Below, in pieces: positions 56,739 through 64,000 of a stretch of 64,000 nucleotides of DNA. The notes beneath the pieces are model-generated. The model searched no databases. It worked only from the letters and a program-made list of their open reading frames with translations, and had not been told where the DNA came from. A program made the position numbers and the translations under genes. Source of the DNA: a virus; IMG/VR virus record IMGVR_UViG_3300025127_000009, positions 32,001 to 96,000 of that record. The stretch is one strand, 5' to 3'. The stretch's first letter is position 1. Each line of letters opens with the position of its first letter.

Positions 56739-57371
56739 CTAAATAATCTCGTCTATCAGCCCATATTTGAGACACTTTTCTGCTTCCCACCAAAGATCAT
56801 GTTTTAAGATGTCTTCTAAAACTTTTTCTGGAATCTTTGTATGTTCTCTGTATATATTTTTTATTTTTTCCATTAACATTTCTGAATTTTCAATATCATC
56901 CTTCATTTCATGAAACTTTCCCCACATTCCTCCCGATAACTGGTGAATTAACATGCATGAATTTTTGTGCATACTTCTATGATGGCCAACAACTGACATC
57001 ATAGTTGCCGCAGATGCTGCGCAACCATCAATTATAGTTTCGACTTCTGTTTTAGAATTTTTAATGTAATCTATTGCTGCTAGTGCAGCAAAGACAGACC
57101 CGCCATAACTATTTATGTGTATCTTTATCGGAGGTGGACTATAGCCTATCACTTTTGACTTTTCAAAGGTATTGTTAAAACTTACAATTGCTTGATTTAA
57201 TTTTAAAATCTTTGGACGTGTTACGGCAGAATAAAAATATATTCTATTGTCTGCTGAAGTTACTGTATTAAAGTCATCTGCTCCAGCATTTTGCCTCTCT
57301 TGCAAAGATTCATGCACAGACAAAGGAGAGGACTCCTTTTCTTCTTTGCTCCCCCAAAATTTATCTCTCAT
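56739..57371 (-). CDS. clpP: ClpP-like protease (ATP-dependent Clp protease proteolytic subunit family)
   Basis: IHINSYGGSV, GCAASAAT (catalytic Ser), MLIHQ (His), DLWWEAEKCLKYGLIDEI (Asp); GGAG upstream. Confidence 0.88.
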   Translation of the reverse strand: MRDKFWGSKEEKESSPLSVHESLQERQNAGADDFNTVTSADNRIYFYSAVTRPKILKLNQAIVSFNNTFEKSKVIGYSPPPIKIHINSYGGSVFAALAAIDYIKNSKTEVETIIDGCAASAATMMSVVGHHRSMHKNSCMLIHQLSGGMWGKFHEMKDDIENSEMLMEKIKNIYREHTKIPEKVLEDILKHDLWWEAEKCLKYGLIDEII

Positions 57372-57420
57372 TTAATCTCCTATTGATGAAATTATAATAT
57401 CACAAAAAACAATATTTTTT

Positions 57421-57927
57421 TTAATTGTCAGTAACGATTGCAGAAGGCAGAGACATTGCCCTGATAATAAAAGGAGGGTATTCATTTGACCAAACAATTG
57501 TTTGATCACCAGAAAGGCTGGACTTTGCGGCTATATAATATGTATAAGATTTTCCAGGGGTCAGGCCAGTTAAAACCCAAGAAGCATTTATCATAACATC
57601 GTCTGATTCTTCAGCCTGCCAAAACAATCTTTCATCGCCAGCACTGTAAGAAGAATTAGTACTTATTGCCAAACTCAAACGAGCAGAATTGGTACCATCT
57701 GTGTCGGTTATATGAAAAAGAGTTTGTAGTTCCACATTTCCGCTAAAAGGTGCTTTGAAAGTTATTTTTGCTGTTTGATCAGTAGAGGCTATGTTTGTCA
57801 TAGTGGTCGTTACAGCATAAGATTGATTGCTAGCATTGTCTAGTGCTACGTAGGAAAGTATCAAACCACCTGCATTGATGTGTTTTGGGAGTATCTTTCT
57901 TATTCCTATATCTTTTAAACCGGCCAT
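57421..57927 (-). CDS. Hypothetical beta-rich protein (possible start MAGLKD at 57927)
   Basis: Ser/Thr-rich beta-strand pattern (ITFKAPFSGNVELQ...LTGLTPGKSYTYYIAAK). Confidence 0.6.
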   Translation of the reverse strand: MAGLKDIGIRKILPKHINAGGLILSYVALDNASNQSYAVTTTMTNIASTDQTAKITFKAPFSGNVELQTLFHITDTDGTNSARLSLAISTNSSYSAGDERLFWQAEESDDVMINASWVLTGLTPGKSYTYYIAAKSSLSGDQTIVWSNEYPPFIIRAMSLPSAIVTDN

Positions 57928-57935
57928 ATTTACCC

Positions 57936-58286
57936 TCACTCTATAATAGTATTTAGGTTGTATTTTCTAATATAAGACTTGAATTCAGTAACACTAAGAC
58001 CTAACAAGGAGGCTGCTTGTTTTTGAGAATTACAAAAGCGTAAAGAAAACCTAACCAAAGACTCTTTAGTTATCTGATTAATATTTTTAAATATAGGATA
58101 CCCGAATAGTTTACCATTTAGTCCTCTAGCACTTAACTCTAATTTGGCTGCTATTAATTCTTCTAGTGTTAAACTTGAAAGTACCAATTCGAAATCTTTA
58201 TTTTCAAATCTTTGTTCTATATCTTTAAGTACTGATTTGTACTTTTTTCTTTGTTTCTTCAAAACCACCAAACCCAACCACCTCAC
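57936..58286 (-). CDS. Protein with a C-terminal Fis-type helix-turn-helix (start GTG 58286 or TTG 58262)
   Basis: KESLVRFSLRFCNSQKQAASLLGLSVTEFKSYIRKY matches the Fis/HTH_8 pattern (AL......QAA..LG.....L...L.KY). Confidence 0.65.
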   Translation of the reverse strand: MRWLGLVVLKKQRKKYKSVLKDIEQRFENKDFELVLSSLTLEELIAAKLELSARGLNGKLFGYPIFKNINQITKESLVRFSLRFCNSQKQAASLLGLSVTEFKSYIRKYNLNTIIE

Positions 58287-58344
58287 TAAAATAGCATATT
58301 TTTTTTATGAATAAAAGATTTTTTTTGAAAAAAATAAATTTATT

Positions 58345-61308
58345 TTACTGACTTAGTTCGTCTGATCCCAAATCTTCTTGTTCATCTGGGTTATATGAAT
58401 CTGATTCTGGCTCGTCGGGCGCTCCGGCTAACTCTTCTTCAAATTTATCAAAGTATAATTTTATATTTGTTAGTAGATAATCATAAAATAATTCACGATC
58501 ATCCTGATTATGTAGGCTCTTGTATGCTTTTACGATTTCGCTCTTCGTTTGCTCAAAGTCTCTATAAGCATAATCACGACCAGTTAATTCTTCACCCTCA
58601 AGACCAAATTTTTCTTTAGGGTCTTCCTCTTCTTCTTCTTTGGGTCTAACGTCAATAAATTTATCTTCTTCGCTAGCGTTTAAAGGATCATCGTCATCAT
58701 CAGTTATGTTGATGTCTACCTCACTGATCTCTTCTTCATCTTTAACGTCAGCAGCCAAATCTACAGGTTTAAGTTCATTTTCTATAGCATTAAGTATATG
58801 TCTTCTGTAGGATTGTCTTTGTTCTGGATCTGTTGTTAACGATTTAAAGCCAGCCTCTAAAACCTCTACAATTTTATTTAATAAAACTTCAAGAGCATTA
58901 ATGGCTGTGCTCGGATGAGGATTTTTATCTACATCAGCCTCTGTAATTATTTTTCCTATCACAGACCTAAGTCTGAACTTTTCAGAAACCTCTTCTATTG
59001 TGGTTCTAATAAATTTTCTCCTTTCGGCTAAAAGAAATTTATTGATTGTACTTCTTAATTTTAGTTGTTCCATTATTTCAATCCTTGAATTGTAGTTCAC
59101 CTCACCAAAGTAATTAGTTTTCTTTTTTTGTTTCTTTTTGTTTTTACTTGGAGGTGAAACATGACCAGCAACTGCCGCAGCAACAGATGCTTCTTCGATA
59201 TCTTCCTCAGTATCGCAATCATTTTCGTTTTTCATGAATGCATTAGATTTATCAACTGGTCTGGCTTGATTAAACGGCGCACCGTATTTTGTTAAATCTT
59301 TCCTTCCAGTATCAAGCAATCTTTTATGGCTTTTGCTAGTTCTGGGCTTAGCCACTGCGGTTTGAAAACTTTCTTCCAGTTGATCATCCGATAAAGATTC
59401 CGAATCCATAACTTGTTCCGGCTCTTGTTTTTTTTTAACTCCAATAACATTATAAATTAACTCCGGGTCAACACCTTGAGGGATAAATTTTGTTATGTCT
59501 TCTCCCTTCTCTAGTGCTTCTCTAAATTCTGTGGCCCCCAATCCTTTATAGGTTGGAATTGCAAACTCACTAACATCGCCAGCGTAAACATTAGGCAAGG
59601 TGGATTCTTCATTGTGAAAATCTCTAAAAAGCCACCAATCAGGTTTTTGAGTTGATGGATCTTTTTCTCCAGTTTCTGGGTTTTTGCTTCCCGTTTTTGG
59701 GTCTAATTTATCGCTTCTGATAGGCACAACCATGTCTCCTTCGCTAGGAAATCCAATTTTTGCTAGCGCCTCATCCTCACCATTTAAAATATCAAACACA
59801 ACTTGAACAGGCGAATTCATACTAGACTTAACTACTGTAACTTGATTTCTATTAATTCCTTCAACTTCCATAAACTTATTTAACAAAGTTATAGAATGAT
59901 CTGCAGTTATTTTTGTACCATCACTCAAATCTCTGTCAATCGGACTAACAAGAACCAAAACATGACTACATTTCTTAAGCGCTTCTTTGATACTAAAGAG
60001 ATGCCCATTGTGAGGAGGTTTAAATTTTCCAGGATACACACCAAGAACTCTCTTGATATCCATGTATTCTACACTTTTGCCCTCCTCTTCTCTTAACTCT
60101 TTTCTTTCGCTTTGCCTATATTTCATTCCAAGAATTTGGTTGATAGGTGCAAAATTGCCTGTCAACTTATACGTAACATTGTCTGGACCAACAAAAACAA
60201 AACCTTCTGAAGAACCGATGTGCGCTGTTTTCACATCTTTTAATTTTTCAAGTTGTTTCGTTAACACTTTTATTTGCTCTTCATCTCCAGAATTCATAAC
60301 CTGAAGCCTAACGTCTTCTATCGCTTGTCGTATAGTTTCAGAGTTTTTTGATGGGTCTAAAATAAAAGCACTTTCAAACGCTCGCAATGCTTCAATTGCA
60401 AAATCATGTATCACCTCTTCAAGAGGAAGAACAGCGTCTTTGAACAACTGTTTGTTTTTTATAAGAGAAGAAACTTGAGTTTTTATTTCTTTTGGAAGGC
60501 CTTTTGTGATCTGAGGTGCGCCTAGAGCGCCTTTAAGGTTTAGCAACCTTAATACAACTTCTCGCTTCATTTCGTTTGATAGTGGTAGTTCCTTCACATG
60601 AGGCACTAAATTGGCAGCAATCATGTCGTTAATGTGATTATCATCATCTAATCCATACGTTTTTTGAATTTGCTTTATTCCACCTAATGCATTCTTGAGT
60701 GGTTCTTCGCTTAAAAACTTTTCTAATTGACGTATTGCTCCAACTTGGATGCGATAATTGTCTTTTGCAACCCTCTTGTTCATTCTTTCCATAGAAGATA
60801 TAAGTTTCTGCAAATTTTCAGATAAATCAACATCTATCACTTTTCTAGTTCTAGGGTCGATTCTAACATGTCCAACTCTATGAATTACCAGTTCTGTAGT
60901 GCTATAGTTGACAACGTTGATTGTTCTATAGTCAATAACTTCAGAATTGTAAAATATTTCGGCATCACCACCAAATATGTCTATTTGATCTTGTCGGTCC
61001 AACCCACGTACAGCCCTTTCAAAATTTTGAAATGCAGTGTTAAACGCTTTTTCAACTCCACCTCGTCCGCTAAATTTGGCGGCTAGTTGCTCAGCATCTA
61101 AACCACCTGCTTTAAGAGTTGTTTTGTTTCTTACGGCCTTTGCTTTTCCTTCTTTGACAGAATAGGAGACATAAAGATTCATACCGTCAAGTTTTTCTGT
61201 GCCTGTCAACTCACCTTGAGAGGCTGCTTTTAGTATTTCTTTTAACTGCCCAAATTTTAAAGCGCCATTATCATAGAGATGATTCATATGGCCGTAATAA
61301 GCACCCAT
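58345..61308 (-). CDS. Multidomain protein: ATP-dependent ligase-like (KxDG) domain, HIGH-type nucleotidyltransferase domain and an acidic helical C-terminal region
   Basis: GHMNHLYD...TEKLDG (motif I), SEVI, EGFV and YKL (motifs IV/V-like); GVYPGKFKPPHNGH and GATEFR (cytidylyltransferase-like). Confidence 0.75.
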   Translation of the reverse strand: MGAYYGHMNHLYDNGALKFGQLKEILKAASQGELTGTEKLDGMNLYVSYSVKEGKAKAVRNKTTLKAGGLDAEQLAAKFSGRGGVEKAFNTAFQNFERAVRGLDRQDQIDIFGGDAEIFYNSEVIDYRTINVVNYSTTELVIHRVGHVRIDPRTRKVIDVDLSENLQKLISSMERMNKRVAKDNYRIQVGAIRQLEKFLSEEPLKNALGGIKQIQKTYGLDDDNHINDMIAANLVPHVKELPLSNEMKREVVLRLLNLKGALGAPQITKGLPKEIKTQVSSLIKNKQLFKDAVLPLEEVIHDFAIEALRAFESAFILDPSKNSETIRQAIEDVRLQVMNSGDEEQIKVLTKQLEKLKDVKTAHIGSSEGFVFVGPDNVTYKLTGNFAPINQILGMKYRQSERKELREEEGKSVEYMDIKRVLGVYPGKFKPPHNGHLFSIKEALKKCSHVLVLVSPIDRDLSDGTKITADHSITLLNKFMEVEGINRNQVTVVKSSMNSPVQVVFDILNGEDEALAKIGFPSEGDMVVPIRSDKLDPKTGSKNPETGEKDPSTQKPDWWLFRDFHNEESTLPNVYAGDVSEFAIPTYKGLGATEFREALEKGEDITKFIPQGVDPELIYNVIGVKKKQEPEQVMDSESLSDDQLEESFQTAVAKPRTSKSHKRLLDTGRKDLTKYGAPFNQARPVDKSNAFMKNENDCDTEEDIEEASVAAAVAGHVSPPSKNKKKQKKKTNYFGEVNYNSRIEIMEQLKLRSTINKFLLAERRKFIRTTIEEVSEKFRLRSVIGKIITEADVDKNPHPSTAINALEVLLNKIVEVLEAGFKSLTTDPEQRQSYRRHILNAIENELKPVDLAADVKDEEEISEVDINITDDDDDPLNASEEDKFIDVRPKEEEEEDPKEKFGLEGEELTGRDYAYRDFEQTKSEIVKAYKSLHNQDDRELFYDYLLTNIKLYFDKFEEELAGAPDEPESDSYNPDEQEDLGSDELSQ

Positions 61309-61321
61309 TAGAAGATCTCCT

Positions 61322-62599
61322 TTATTTGATAAGTCTAGACATCAAGGCTTCGTTAATTTTTTCAAGTTTAATATTTTTAAGACTATTAATGCTGTTTTGT
61401 GATTTCTTAACTTCAGTTAAAGGGTTAACAGCAGTCTTAGACTCTTCCTGAATTTCTGGTTCTTGAGTTTCTTCCAATTCTTCTTGTTCTTCAAGTTGCA
61501 TATCTAAAATATCTGACAGTGCTTCGTTGAAACGAGAATACATTTGTTCACCAGCCATAGCATCTCTTTGAGCCATAAGTTGTGTTAAATCTTTTATTCC
61601 ACCCAATTTACGTTGAATGTGCTGGTCAATTTCTGCAATCTTTAATCCTTTTTCTGGATCTATGCTAACTTCAGATCCTCCACGGGGACCAATCTCTTCA
61701 GAATAAGTTTCTTCTTCTCCCTCGCTATAAGGAAGACGGCCCATGGCTTTACCTTGTTTGTAGGCTTTCATATATGCTGCTTGCACATCTGGGTCGTAGT
61801 ATTTGTGTGGCTTTACACCCTGTCTACCGTGACGCATGCCTTGTTTTTTTATTGCTTCTGCTTTTTCTTCGTCTGTCTGGGGTCCGATATCTTCTGGATC
61901 CACATATTTAAGAGGGTCGTCACCTTCTTCTACTTTTTCTTCGTCACCTTTTTTATCTTGCTTTGCCTTTACGTGCTTACGTAGTTGAGGTGGGATTTCT
62001 CCCTTCTTTGGCTTGCCAGCAGGTTTCTTGCCAGACTTGCCTTCTTTTTCTTTTTTGTCTTTCTGAGCCTTGCTTATTGGCTCTTTTGTATCACCGTCGC
62101 CATCCACATCTGGAAAATCTGGCTTTGCTGCTTCTTTTAAAATTGCTACTACCTTTTCTTTGATTAAGTCTTTAAGTTGATCCATTTTTTGTTCTCCTAT
62201 AGAAATTGGTGAGTTTGTTTGACTTTTGTGGGAATCTTCCCAATCACGAAATAACATATTTCCCTTTAAGTATGCTTCTTCTTCCATACTTCTCATGTGT
62301 GAATCTTTTTGAGCGTATCCCTCTGGTGTTTGTACATTTTTCAAATCACCTCTCATGTTTTGAGCGTGGTGCACCAATTCATGAGCCAAAGATCTTAAAG
62401 CATCTTTAGGGTGTCTGTTAGAAATATATACTGTGATTGCTTGATTTGCTGGCTCGTAATGAGCCGTGCGTCCAAGCATAGACTTTGAGTTATTTTCGTC
62501 GGTTACAAACTCAACACTTGGATTATTATCATATCCAAGATGTTCTTTGCAGTAAGACATTAGATCGCCAGAGGCTGTTTTGAAGTTATCATCATACAT
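61322..62599 (-). CDS. Zincin (HExxH) metallopeptidase-like domain plus a charged low-complexity C-terminus
   Basis: LGRTAHY...RHPKDALRSLAHELVHHAQ...MEEEAY; then PDFPDVDGDGDTKEPI and a K/E-rich tail. Confidence 0.75.
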   Translation of the reverse strand: MYDDNFKTASGDLMSYCKEHLGYDNNPSVEFVTDENNSKSMLGRTAHYEPANQAITVYISNRHPKDALRSLAHELVHHAQNMRGDLKNVQTPEGYAQKDSHMRSMEEEAYLKGNMLFRDWEDSHKSQTNSPISIGEQKMDQLKDLIKEKVVAILKEAAKPDFPDVDGDGDTKEPISKAQKDKKEKEGKSGKKPAGKPKKGEIPPQLRKHVKAKQDKKGDEEKVEEGDDPLKYVDPEDIGPQTDEEKAEAIKKQGMRHGRQGVKPHKYYDPDVQAAYMKAYKQGKAMGRLPYSEGEEETYSEEIGPRGGSEVSIDPEKGLKIAEIDQHIQRKLGGIKDLTQLMAQRDAMAGEQMYSRFNEALSDILDMQLEEQEELEETQEPEIQEESKTAVNPLTEVKKSQNSINSLKNIKLEKINEALMSRLIK

Positions 62600-62601
62600 A
62601 A

Positions 62602-62628
62602 AAAATACCTAAAGGTATTTTAATTAGT
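62602..62628 (-). promoter_or_regulatory. ACTAATTA motif followed by an 8-bp hairpin (AAAATACC-TTTA-GGTATTTT) covering the putative RBS; possibly also a purA terminator
   Basis: Perfect inverted repeat at 62602-62621 in the 28-nt gap between purA and the zincin gene. Confidence 0.4.
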
Positions 62629-63632
62629 TAAATTATTTCCTTATTTCCAGAAAACAATACGTTAATTCCCGGCCTTGCTTCCCCTAAATGCGATTCGATA
62701 TAGTCATACATCGATCCAGCATTTTCAAACTGCAACATATCGACACCGTGAAACAATTTCCAAGTTTCAATTTGATCCAGAACATCAACTTTGTTAATAA
62801 CCATTTTAGTCACGCCATTGATTTTAGCAGCCTTTTCTAATAGATCCACATCCATCCAATTAATTTGTCTAGGGCGGCCTGTGGTAGCACCATATTCTTC
62901 CCCAATGTCCCTTATAAGATCAAATTCTGGATCAATTCCTTCGAAATCTTTTGCTCCAACATAAGTTTCATATATTTTTGCCACACCCCAGACATCTCTT
63001 ATCGCTTGTGGCGGTACTCCATTTAGTATCGCTCCTCCAACTGTACAATGAGAAGACGTGACAAAAGGATAATCACCCCAATCTATGTCTAGCCCAAATC
63101 CTTGTGCACCTTCAAACAATATTTGAACGTCATCAAATTCTTTATTATTGTGAATCTCATCATACATGTCTATAATGTATTCTTCCAAATCAGGGATCTC
63201 TAGCGCTATCATGCCTTTTCTAGCATACTTGTCACGATACGCAGGACCATTCCCTCTTTTCGTAGTTCCTATTTCTGTATCTTTTTTATCTTCTGCCATG
63301 TGAAAATCTGTAATAATATGTACATTACTTGCGATTTTGATAAGACCCTCTGTCTTAACTCCTGCCTCTTCTAGCATTTCAATTTCGTCAAAAAATTGAT
63401 TTAAATTAAGAACACAACCAGGACCAATAACAGACTTTATACCGTGTAAAACACCGCAAGGAATATGGTGAGTTATGAGTTTTTTTCCGTTATGATAAAT
63501 AGTATGGCCTGCATTACATCCACCGTTGTAGCGTATAACGTGGGTATAATCGTTTTGAGAACATAAATAATTGGCGATTTTACCTTTTCCGCAGTCGCCG
63601 TACTGTAGATCTACAATTACATCTGCTAACAT
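62628..63632 (-). CDS. purA: Adenylosuccinate synthetase, short form
   Basis: QYGDCGKGK, GGCNAGHT, IGTTKRGNGPAY, EGAQG...DYPFVTSS, EYGATTGRPR, NKVDVL. Confidence 0.93.
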   Translation of the reverse strand: MLADVIVDLQYGDCGKGKIANYLCSQNDYTHVIRYNGGCNAGHTIYHNGKKLITHHIPCGVLHGIKSVIGPGCVLNLNQFFDEIEMLEEAGVKTEGLIKIASNVHIITDFHMAEDKKDTEIGTTKRGNGPAYRDKYARKGMIALEIPDLEEYIIDMYDEIHNNKEFDDVQILFEGAQGFGLDIDWGDYPFVTSSHCTVGGAILNGVPPQAIRDVWGVAKIYETYVGAKDFEGIDPEFDLIRDIGEEYGATTGRPRQINWMDVDLLEKAAKINGVTKMVINKVDVLDQIETWKLFHGVDMLQFENAGSMYDYIESHLGEARPGINVLFSGNKEII

Positions 63633-63666
63633 TTTTACTCCTTGTTAGAACAGAGTTATTGTATCA

Positions 63667-63993
63667 TTAATTATCGTTTGATTTTATATTATCATCTTCC
63701 ATAAGATGACCAGAACTTCTAACAATTTCTCCACCAATATACTTTTTAACTGTTGCTAAATAATCACTAGCCTTTGTTATTTTAGATTCAATCCAATCAT
63801 CTAAATCAGTTTCATCTCCAAACATGTTTAAAAGTTCTTGCACATCTCTAGAAATGGCCATTAGGTTGGTTCTTGCCATTTTTCCTGGACTCTTTTGTTT
63901 GCCATCTGCGGCTTGAGGCCCAACGCCCATATCACAGGGAGAATGATCTGCGCATGCTTCAAGTACTAGTTTTTTTAATTCATCAATGTCCAT
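63667..63993 (-). CDS. Hypothetical phage protein
   Basis: GKMARTNL...DLDDWIESKITKASDYL motif, recalled from hypothetical proteins of large T4-like phages. Confidence 0.65.
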   Translation of the reverse strand: MDIDELKKLVLEACADHSPCDMGVGPQAADGKQKSPGKMARTNLMAISRDVQELLNMFGDETDLDDWIESKITKASDYLATVKKYIGGEIVRSSGHLMEDDNIKSNDN

Positions 63994-64000
63994 TTTACGA

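Noticed and set aside
57391-57412. Canonical sigma70 promoter upstream of clpP
   Set aside because: TATAAT is present, but the nearest TTG-containing hexamer is only 10 nt away and no -35 lies at 16-18 nt spacing. It is kept only as part of the A8-tract observation.
62628-63632. PurZ (2-aminoadenine Z-genome pathway)
   Set aside because: It keeps PurA-type GD (not GS) in the P-loop, plus GTT.RG.GPAY, YPFVTSS and GATTGRPR. PurZ-type motifs are absent, and no dATPase/MazZ neighbour is visible.
1-64000. Alternative genetic code (stop-codon reassignment)
   Set aside because: Standard-code ORFs tile the window nearly completely, including 5534- and 2887-aa frames. There is no fragmentation.
1-64000. 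CRISPR array, tRNA/rRNA genes, introns/inteins, IS elements
   Set aside because: I saw no regularly spaced nucleotide repeats, cloverleaf-sized gaps, intein motifs or transposase motifs. Intergenic gaps are mostly under 100 nt. A tRNAscan/Infernal run would be needed to be certain.

Overview
A gene-dense, AT-rich window with almost every gene on the minus strand and many abutting or overlapping stop/start codons. It most plausibly comes from a large (possibly jumbo) myovirus, perhaps marine or aquatic. No capsid, portal, terminase, sheath or polymerase gene lies inside the window, so this is inferred from gene content. Three blocks are visible. (1) 1-36 kb is a T4-like baseplate module: an OB-fold/amidase protein, a spike with an HxH tip, a 2887-aa protein, gp25-like, gp6-like, a DNRLRE-like protein and a 5534-aa mosaic protein. 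The mosaic carries LamG domains, a complete 7-blade FG-GAP propeller, reelin-like jelly-rolls and five copies of an inserted module. A gp55-like sigma factor lies just upstream of the block. (2) 37.7-52 kb is a 15-gene glycan island: APS kinase, a small HIGH nucleotidyltransferase (candidate minimal ATP sulfurylase), sulfotransferase, NeuB, formyltransferase, PIG-L deacetylase, NeuA, two methyltransferases and about eight glycosyltransferases. It could make a sulfated, N-formylated, methylated nonulosonic-acid glycan. (3) 52-64 kb is accessory: Cas4-like nuclease, PIN-PhoH, four proteases, two FmdB zinc ribbons, a Fis-like HTH, a ligase-like/HIGH-nucleotidyltransferase fusion and a short PurA (not PurZ). 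All calls come from motif recognition by eye; no database searches were run, and sub-gene coordinates are approximate.
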